A stretch of 63,164 nt of DNA, the filler included, from Kipferlia bialata (taxonomy: Eukaryota): the NCBI GenBank assembly GCA_003568945.1. It is 5 parts of 5 records of this genome, joined end to end, with 100 filler letters (N's around TTAATTAATTAA, not from the genome) between each part and the next. Parts side by side here need not be neighbours in the genome. Positions count along the whole stretch, not along the records: positions 1 to 18,457 come from BDIP01000476.1; 4 more parts are not named here. One strand, 5' to 3'. The translations under genes and the position numbers were made by a program. The notes beneath the pieces were generated by a model. That model saw nothing but the letters and a program-made list of their open reading frames with translations, was not told the DNA's origin and searched no databases. Positions 1 to 10,200 of this stretch are shown here, piece after piece. Positions within the stretch are counted from its first letter, which is position 1. Each line of letters begins with the position of its first letter.

Positions 1-53
<53 letters not shown>

Positions 54-1346
54 CAGTATGACTTCATTGCAGTCCTCCAGAGACCTCACAAGTATTAATT
101 GATACAACCACACAATACACCCATCACAATACTCCACACAAATAGAGAGGCAGATAGTGACACACCTTGGGGGTCCGGGAGGGAGTGGGAGAGAGGGAGA
201 GCGCAGCCAACTGAGAGGCAATGTCAATACTCTTGCCCCCGCCGCTCTGGCCAGACTTCTTCTTGCGAGCCATGTCTCTCTAACCTACACTAAGGCCTTT
301 GACTTGGGCTCAACCACACAACTCTGTCTCAAGCAAGAGGTCTCTATCCAACAGTAAGACACGCTAGTAGACACGAACAAGCAAGCCACAAGGTGGCTGT
401 GTACAGGAAGGACTCCTACTGTGTATTCACGCCTTCGAACAGAGTGCACAAGTCGATGCGGCCAACCTGAGAAATGACACAAAAACTCGAAAGGGGTGTA
501 GACCGGCCTTACCTCACCGTGTGTCCTTCTCTACAGACACCACTGCTTCCGCAGATACTAGAACCTGTGAGAGCGTTTACTTACCCGGTTGCTGTTGTAG
601 TGGGTATCAAGGTAGGCCAGCTTGTTTCCTAGAGGCGTCAGTCACATTGGTGGATTGGCTCTATTAGTGAGATTGGAACTCAACCTGTCCCCCCCGGCAC
701 TTACCGAAGAGCGGTCTGACGTCCCGTGGACTACATAACGCTTGTTGCGGCACATAGAAACAGTACCAGGTAAGGGTATCGGCCTCCGGATACCACTACT
801 CAAATCAATGTAGACCTCCTATAATTGTACACTACATACACCGCTGTACATGTTCACATGTAGGTATGTGAGTGTCATGGGGTACTATGGGATGTATTGT
901 CTAGGAAAGGAGGGTATATGTAGGCTCTTGATGTGAGTCTGACTGCCGGGCTATTGTGCTATTCTGGATATCTGCCCCTCATCCTCACCCCTTCAGAGAG
1001 ACACCCCTTCCTCATAGAGAGCGGGGGCCATGCCTCTGATACAGGACAACCTCCCAGAGCTTGGTACGTGGTCAACTGCATTTGTATTCGGCGTGCCCTA
1101 CTATATACATACGTACAGGAATGGTTCACATAGCAAACTGGTATATGCTTGCACCCCCTTCTGTTGCATATCCCTGCTCTTGCAACGATGCTCATTGAAC
1201 TACTATTCTCTTGTCTTACATGCGCCTGTATCACGTATATGTTCATTATATATTATTATTTATCAGGTACCCTCTGCCCCTACAGCCTTGCCCCCCCCCC
1301 CCCTCCTCCTCTCTATGCCCCATAACCCCTCTTTTGTTCACTCTAG

Positions 1347-4300
1347 GGAGTGACTCCGAGCCCTCGGCAGAGGATGTGTCTGAGATCAAGAGGGAGCTGA
1401 AGGTACCAAGCTTGGATGGAGACTCTATCATCATATATCTATACATAACAACGTTCCGACTTTATTTCTGTGTGTATATATATGTGTATATCGCTCCACT
1501 CACTCCCAGGAGGAGAGGCGTCTGGAGAAGGAGCGCCAGAGACAGGAGAGCAAGGATGCCAAGGAGGCTACTAGGGTGGCACGGCGACAGGGTGCGTGGT
1601 ATCAATCTCTCACTGATTGACGGTTCACTATATAGACGCACACTTCATCGAAACTGCCCCATCATCTTTCCTTGCCTAACCTATCGAAACTGCCATTATT
1701 GTGTCTCTCTGCCTCACCCCAGCTAGATGTATGCGCCGAGAGCTGAGGAAGCGCGGCAAGTACCAGCGTATCAGTGATGAGCAGAGGTTAGTATTCTATA
1801 TATAATTTTGTATCATATATATTGGACATATATTATTTATACCCTGAGATCTGAGCATGATTAAATTCGTATCCCCCCCCCCTCCCCCTTCTCTCATCCT
1901 AGGGCTGAGGTCATCTCCGAGTACTGTAACGGAGCCTCACAGGCCAGCATCAGTAGGTGGGTACACTAGATACTTGGGATGTCATGTCTAAGCTATATAC
2001 ATGTACATGCATGTACATAGTATCAATGAGGTCTCTTTCTGCTAACCCCAGGAACCTCGACATCAAGCCCAGCACAGTCAAGAGCATTGTGCAGACATAC
2101 CGTAAGGGCAACGGCAGGGTGCACAAGAAGAAGAGGGGAGGGAAGCGGTATGCTAAGGTATTGTCTCTTTAATGTGTGGTTATTCTATACTGTCTGCGTA
2201 TGTGATACATACATATATACATATATATATACATATATTGATTATAGGGTGCACAAGAAGAAGAGGGGAGGGAAGCGGTATGCTAAGGTACAGTCTATGG
2301 AATGAGTATATTATATGCTGTCTGTATATGCGTGTCATCATAGGTCACTGAGGAGATCCCTTCTGAATGTATGTATAGATATATATGTACTATATATATG
2401 TATTGTATTGTACTGTCTGTTTATATATATTATATATGTATCTCACCCTGTAGGTGACTGAGGAGATCCTTGCCCTGCTGTGTTATAGTATGTTAAATGT
2501 GTGTGCATTATACATATATCCAATATATTCATCTCACTCCCACGTCATATAGCATATATAGTGTATATAATAATATGCATCTCACCCTAGGTCACTGAGG
2601 AGATCCGTGCCCTTCTGTTCACCACCCTCAGCAATGACAGCTCACTCACACTTAAGAGCCTGGTGGACATAGTGCAGGAGGAGACAGGTATATAGATATC
2701 TGTATATATATTGGTGTCGCCATAATAGCAATATCTATATACACTGGTACTGATAATGATGCTGGTGGACATTGTGCAGGAGGAGACAGGTATATAGATA
2801 TATATATTTGTATTGGTATAGACATAATGGTAGTATCTATACACACTGATACTGATACGTCGAGGAGGAGACAGGTATTGTGGAGTTAACTCCTGTATAG
2901 TTTTGAGTCACCTTGCCCGCCCCCTCTCACCCCAGGTGTCACTCTCTCCCTGTCTGCTGTCAGGAATGCAGTGCTGAAGCACCCAAGCAGAGGAGAGGTA
3001 CGAACTGGTGCTATCTCTTCTTCACCACTGGTACTGAACCAGTATATATTATGTGCCACGTATCTGGTCACCCTGAGCCGGGGACTCTGAGTGTTTATCT
3101 CACTCTCTCTCAGTGTATTGTGCATTACTGTAACTGAATATACCTGACCCTCCAGGGCGAGGACTCTGAGTACTCTGTGAAGAGTGTAGTACATATATAT
3201 ATATATAGTATATAGTATATATATATATATATATATCCTCACCCCAGGGCGAGGACTCTGAGTACTCTGTGAAGAGTGAGGGCATTGAGGGTGAGGTGCA
3301 TGTCAAGACAGAGGGGGAGGGGCACTCCAGAGGCAGCTCTAGGAGCAGGGATAGAGGGTCCTCCCACTCCAAGAGGGAGATGGTGCTCGAGGATGTACTC
3401 AGAGACAGAGACCTCGGATCACTACCCCTAAAGTGAGTCATATTGAGTGTAATTGTCTTTTGATACACCCTTACTGCCAACTCTTGTCTCACTTCAGGGT
3501 GACCTCCAGTGAGTATGGAGGATTCAGCGGTGTGTACACGGGTGAAGTGGGCCACTACCAGGTACGGGTCGTGATGTATGTATAGCGCCCCAGAGGGGGT
3601 GGTGAGACTCCATATCGAATCTGAAGTATAATCAATGTATGCAGTGTATTTACATTCTGACCCCCAGCCGAGTGACGGAGACACGGAGATGACCTCCACC
3701 ACCCAGAGCACAGTCGGTAGCTTCTATAACCAGTACAGGTAGGCTGCTCTTGGTGTCTGACGTACACATATAGTTTGTTCCTGTGATGCCCTCTGACCCT
3801 TTTAGCTGTGACACAGACTGCACCTCCTTCTATGGGTCATCCCTCCACCTGTCCATGTCCATGAGTGCACCACACAGGGGACATGTACGTACACACTAGT
3901 ATATACATATATATATACCCCCCCCCCCCCAAATACTTATATATATGTATATGTGCGTCTAGTCAGTATTGTTTGTGTATTGTGTTACTTGCTGTGTATC
4001 GGACCCTCACCCCCAGACCCGCACTGCGTCCATCACAGACCAGACCGATGAGAGAGAGAGGGTGCAGAGGGAGAGAGAGGCGCTGGAGAGGGCACGGGAG
4101 CGTGACCGGGAGCCCCCCTCCACCAGCCTCCACACCGTCCCCCCCCACTCTCTCTCTCCTGCTGACCCCTACTCCGCCATGTCACCTACCCCTGGCCCTG
4201 GGTCTGTCTCTCCCTCTCTCTCCCCCGACACCATTAAGGAGATGCAGGGGCTGGGGGAGGGTAGCTTCGGGGGTATTGTACAGCCCATGCCACCCCTCTA

Positions 4301-5289
4301 CCCTGACCATGCGCCCTCACCCCCTCCCCACCCCCCTGTGGCACCCTTTGAACAGGTCATCACACACGCCAACGCCCACCAGGTCTCTGGGTTCCGGCGC
4401 ACACATGTTAGGTCCCACTCCCACACTGACGCCTCTCTCCCAGACCCCATAGAGGGCGAGGGGGTGCCTGAGGAGAGGCGGTCTCTGGGCAGCATGTCAG
4501 ATGCAGTATCTACAGACAGTGACAGGAGGGGCACCATATCATGCTGGTCAAGGGAGATGGAGAGGACCCAGGCTGCAAGAGGGACCCTTCCCATACCAAG
4601 ACCCAGCTCCATATGTCTGGGGTACACAGGGGCCACACGCCCTGCCTCCCAGGCCGCATATGAGGGGGATGTCTCTATGCTGACAGCAGCCAACCCATTC
4701 AGGTACATACACTAAGTATCGCTACCTCTCCGTTATATATCATCATGTGTAATAATGGGTAGTGTGTGTATTCTCGACTGACTCTAGGTATGACGACATT
4801 GGGTCAGTGAGGGAGGAGCCTGCCCAGCCATCCAGACTCACTGTGGCCATCCCGCCACTCACTGTGAGAGTGGATGAGGGTACCAGGCAGACAACCTGCG
4901 GCCTCCCCCCCACCCGTAGCTTCCACATCCAACAGAGGGTGGCGGCTGACCCAGACCCCCCTGCTGCGGCACAGGGGGAGGGAGTGCCACCGCTACCCAC
5001 TGTGCCTCTGATCCTGCACACCCAGGGACAGGGACAGGGAGGGAGAGAGAGAGAGAGAGAGGGACAGGGACAGGGTGCGTCTCTTGTAGGGCACGACAGA
5101 GACCAGCCCACCCAGCCAGAGACCTGGGCGGGAACAGGGTACGCCACCTATGGGGACGCCCCCGACATGTATGCAGGACCATCCCCTGTGCTGGGCGAGA
5201 ACCCCTTCCAGTACCATGGGCCTATCGTCCCAGACTCCCAAGGGACTGTGGACGAGGCCATGTGTGGAGTGGGGTACGGTGGGGCATGA
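1347..5289 (+). CDS. Multi-exon protein with a Tc1/mariner/IS630-type bipartite HTH DNA-binding region followed by a long low-complexity Ser/Pro/Thr tail; 5' end not resolved
   Basis: Exons 1347-1402, 1510-1591, 1723-1786, 1903-1956, 2052-2157, 2591-2687, 2936-2997, 3248-3432 ... 4789-5289 splice in frame. They give RGKYQRISDEQRAEVISEYCNGASQASISRNLDIKPSTVKSIVQTYRKGNGRVHKKKRGGKRYAKVTEEIRALLFTTLSNDSSLTLKSLVDIVQEETGVTLSLSAVRNAVLK. Stop TGA at 5287-5289. Candidate upstream exons (~537-567, ~997-1062) not resolved. Confidence 0.7.
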
Positions 5290-5672
5290 GTACTCTCCCT
5301 AGTAGCTACATTTGTATCAGTGTTGTCTGACGTCATGTTCTGTGTTTCTGTTTGCTTTAGACGTGTTTGTGACGCTCGCTCGAGCGTCGGTGTGGGTTCG
5401 TGGAGGTTGGATGGATGCTTTATATCAGCTTTTCTGATATGTGGTTGTCCAGTATTTTCCTCAATAGACTGTTTGCTGATGTTTGGTGGCTGATGTCACC
5501 TCGTATCAGTGTTGCATGTCCTGTGATAGTTGTAGTTATTAGCCTCGAGGAATTGATTATGAAATTGATCCTTGATATCCGATCAATAATCCTAGTTTCC
5601 GTCGGAGACAGTCTTGGAAAGCACCCAAAGGTATTGACTGGTCTTCCTTCTTCCTAAGCACCCAGAACAAAG

Positions 5673-5979
5673 GTGAGCACTGAGAGTGGTGAATATTGCA
5701 AGTAGTAGTTTGCAGTTAGTAGTTTTTCGTATTATAGGTTACCTGAGGGGGGTTTCCTGTCAGGATACCTTATGGACATGTTTGCTTTTACGAATACACT
5801 TTGATTTGACCTGTTTTAGTGTCTTTTGGTTACTCTTAGATACTTTTGGGAGAATATGAGCTGTAGTTTATGTCCCACACTTGCTAATACAGTGCTGTGT
5901 AATGCTTACTTGCAATGACGAGTGATTTGTCAAGAATAGCGATATATGATCCTTCTCTCATTCTCGTTCTAACCTCCAG
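5673..5979 (+). other. Probable 5'-UTR intron of the aspartate aminotransferase gene
   Basis: AAG|GTGAGC donor at 5673; CTAACCTCCAG acceptor ending 4 nt before the ATG at 5984. Confidence 0.5.
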
Positions 5980-5983
5980 AATA

Positions 5984-7023
5984 ATGTCTGCCTTCGCTGA
6001 TGTCCCATCCTCTCCCCCTGATCCCATCCTGAACCTGGGTGTTGAGTTCAAGGCTGACCCTTCTCCTCTGAAGATCAACCTCGGAATCGGTGCCTACCGT
6101 ACCGCTGAGGTGAGTATTGGAGTATATGATTCCTATCCCTCGCGGTCCTTGGTATACCTATTTACTTTAGCGTTGTTTGCCAGGAGACGTTATTGCATTC
6201 CCAACTCACTTCTACTTCTTCTCACCCCAGGGCCAGCCATGGATCCTCCCCTGTGTGGCTGCCGCTGAGGAGCGCATCCTTGCCGGTGGACTCAAGTACA
6301 ACAAGGTATATACATACATATATCAAGGAAACTCTCTAACATATCTCATTTGGCTGATTGTGTGTCAATGTTGGACTCTCGATGACGTCATACCCTCTGA
6401 CTGTCAGGAGTACCCCCCTATCCAGGGCCACGCCGAGTACACCAGGGCTGCCCAGGAGATCATGTTCGGAGAGGAGAGCCCCGCTCTCGCTGAGGGAAGG
6501 TGCGGTGGTGTGACTACATAGTATTTGTATCTCGCCTTGCTGTCCATATTATAGCTCTATGCTCATACCTCACCCCAGGATTGCCACCCTGCAGTCCATC
6601 TCTGGCACCGGTGCCCTGCACATTGCCTTCTGCTTCGCCAAGCAGTTCCTGACCAGGGAGGACGGCACACCCAGGGTGAGTGCATATGCATATACACATA
6701 TATACAAATGCATTATCTTCCCATCATAGCTCCCCGTCTGACTATCAGCCCATGTACTACCCCAACGTGACCTGGCCCAACCACCACCCCATCTACGCCA
6801 AGTCCTACTGCACCGGACAGGCCGTCAGGACCTACACCTACATCAAGAAGGGTGAGTACATATATCTATGAGGATTACTCACTCTTGTTGCATTGTCTTA
6901 CCCCTAGGCACCCTTGAGATTGACATTGAGGGCATGCTCAAGGACATCGCTGCCGCCGATGAGGGATCCGTGTTCCTCTTCCACCCCTCCGCCCACAACC
7001 CCACCGGCTGTGACCCCACACCC
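5984..7023 (+). CDS. GOT1: Aspartate aminotransferase (class I, PLP-dependent), N-terminal half only
   Basis: Six exons give MSAFADVPSSPPDPIL...KINLGIGAYRTAEGQPWILPCV...EYPPIQGHAEY...IATLQSISGTGALH...TWPNHH...FLFHPSAHNPTGCDPT, all hallmark AAT motifs. The sequence breaks off at the poly-C/poly-T tract at 7052 and no PLP-lysine region follows. Confidence 0.93.
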
Positions 7024-7253
7024 GTACGTGAATATATACTTCTATATATAACCCCCCCCCCCCCCCCCCCCCCCCACCCCCACACCCTTTTTTTTTTTTT
7101 TTTTTTGTTTCAAAATAACCCCCCCCCCCCCCCCCCCTCCCTCACACGCCACACCATTCAGTCTCCCTATCCCCCTCTCTCTACTAAATACATATATCTG
7201 TATTCCATTCTTCCACCCCGTCCACTCAACCCAGCCTTCCCCCCCTCCCCTAG

Positions 7254-10200
7254 CTCCCTTGTGCCTGACCACTGTGCAGAGGGGGAGGACGAGGATGTCA
7301 CAAGGTATATTGCAAATATGCATATACTATTCATGTATACATATGTATACCGAGAGAGTGACAGAAGGACATGGTCAGCGTGCAGAGGGGGAGGACGAGG
7401 ATGTCACAAGGTGGGGGTAAATATATACTAATAATGAATCCATACATTTGGAGGGGGAGAGATATAGAGGTGTCCTGACCAGTGTGCAGAGGGGGAAGAC
7501 GTGACTAGGTAGGAATATATATTTATATATATATATATATAGTTATTATCTACATGCCTCTAGTATATGTATCTGATTTCATGTTGTGTATTGACCTGAT
7601 ACTGATTCTGACAGTGTAAACATTCAAATTTGTATTTAGTCTTACATATATACAAAAGTCTGCACTGATACTAACAATGCAGCCTGAGGGATAGACAGGT
7701 GTCCCGTACAATGTGGAGGAGAGCATCAGAGATCAATTGGTGGGTGGAATACATTATGAATACATCTACCTCTCTCTCTCCCTCACCCTCTTCTATTTAA
7801 ATACAAGGGTGGTTCAGCCACTCTGGTCCTCTACTTCTCTCACATCTCTCCTAGGGTACCCGTCAGTACCGCTCTGTCTTTGCCGCACCGACCCCAGTAT
7901 CTAATTAGATTTTGATATACACAGTGGTGTATATATATATATACGTACAGATTGTCGTTTCATTTCTATCCTGATGACTGTCTCACAGTATATACTATAT
8001 ATATATAACCTTTACATATATAGTACCTAACCCAGGGGTGCCCCAGCCACCTTAGTCACAGATGGCTTGTATACATATATATATTTAATATGTATTACCA
8101 TGTGCCTAACTCTATCAGGGGTGCCCCAGCCACCCTGGTCACAGATGGCATCACTAGCTGTGATGTGGAGCAAGGTATGGAGGGGAATAGTACTATCTAG
8201 TATAATCAGTACACATAACATCAAGCATAGTCCTGGAAGGCAACTACGCGTATTTGCCGCGCTCATGTTAAGTTTCTATTACTAACCCCCAGGCTGTCTC
8301 GGTGACTGTGGCTTCATGTGTGCACTCTCTGCCATCTGTGCATATGAGAGTGTGGTGAGGTATGGACTGGTATGAATATGTATGAATACATTATATACAT
8401 TCTATACATATGAATACATTATATACATTCTTTACAAAGTGGAGAGAGGGACCTATTACTTGTTACATACTTGTGCCCTCTCTCCCATTATGGGAGTCCC
8501 ATGTGTGCATGTGAAGGTGTGGGGAGGTAGGGAGACAAACATAAGTCTTGTAACTACGAATATATGAATATAGTTTCATACATATACATACTTATGCCCC
8601 ACTCCACTCTGACCCTTAGACATGTCCTTGTTGACTATGATCCTGACATGGGTAGGGCAACGATACAGTTGTATCATCAGGTAACTATGTACTTGGTAGA
8701 TAGATATATGGATCCTGAGTGTGGTTATTGAAAAGTGACATGATCTCTTTGTGTATATCCGTGCCTATACTACATGAGTTAGTCTACATCTACTACGGAC
8801 AGTGGTCTAATTTCCAGGGTGCCTGGTGCCCTATTGTGATCGATGACCACCTCCCCTGTCTCAATGACCCCACCCTACAGAGACATGGCCTGCCGTCATT
8901 TGCTAGGTCCACTCAGAAGGTACATTAAGAATGGAGGGGACATTCTATGTATGCATAGCTATATATGTTATACATAGAATCAATGCTTACAATATGGTAT
9001 TCTCTGTATCTTCTAAAGAGCTGAATGCGTATAGCAGTACGTTCATCTCGAAGGGAACATACTATTTGTATACAAGATAGGTAGTTTACTCACAGTGTTC
9101 CAATTACTATCTCTCACTGTTAACTCTCATTCTTACCCCAGGGTGAACTCTGGCCGTCCTTCATCGAGAAAGCATACGCAAAGCTACGCGGGTCGTACGC
9201 AGCTCTAGTAGGTATACCTGTCAATCCACTTGTCCTATATATCAATCGGTTAAACTCTTGACTCCACACTGGTCCAAAGAATCTATATACCCCTGACTGC
9301 TCTATACTCTTCTGGACAAGTGATGACCTCAGGCCTTATATACAGAGTGAGTACCATATACTTCTGAAAACTACCCTAAGCTACTTATGAGTCCATATGC
9401 TAGTATTAAGTACTGACCTCAGGCTGCAGCACCCTTGATGCACTGGTAGCTCTGACAGGCGGAGTAGGTTAGTGAATATGTGTATGCATTGACAATCGAA
9501 ATATATATGAGTATAGTGTCAGCACCATTGACACTCTACATTCGGGCACTGACGCCAGGCTTCCGTATGAACTTGAGCACCGAGAAGAGTAAGAGCAAAG
9601 AGGGGGGGGAAGGGGAGGGTGGGGCAGTGCTCCCTCTCTCCAATGGGGAGACTGATAGAGAGATAAGTGCACAGGTATCAGACACAGGAGACCGAGAGAG
9701 GGACAAGACCCTGGCACTGTGGGCCAAGATGCAGGAGGTGGTCACTGAGGTATGTTAGTAAATATATATCTATATCTATATGTATTCATGCCGCTGACAC
9801 ACATAATATGTGCCTTAGTGTCGTTTGCGCAGGAAACCATACACAACAAGTGCTCCAGGAGCATTAGTGTTCTAACACATATACCAGTGACATATATACA
9901 CATTTTTGGAGGTATATGTTACCCTACTCATACCGACCTGGGATGCATGTGCTGCAGTGCCAACTACCTATATATATCCTGACCATGTCACAGCTATCGC
10001 TCTAACTCCAGCGGTCTGGCTGCATGTGCTGTAGTGCGGACAAGGACAATGACCACTGTATAGACCATGGTATCATACCCAAGCACGGGTACTCTGTGCT
10101 GGAGGCAGTAGAGGTGGAGAGACCAAGGTATTAATACATACTGTCATTGGTATATAGTATTTCTAGTACCTATATTGTGTCAGTTAGCTCGGGTACTCTG

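Noticed and set aside
1..52. Terminal G-run as a telomere
   Set aside because: It is a near-pure homopolymer without a telomeric repeat unit, and similar runs occur at other contig ends and internal joins.
1347..5289. Intact Tc1/mariner transposon
   Set aside because: No DDE/DDD catalytic region or terminal inverted repeats seen, and the gene has many introns and a disordered tail.
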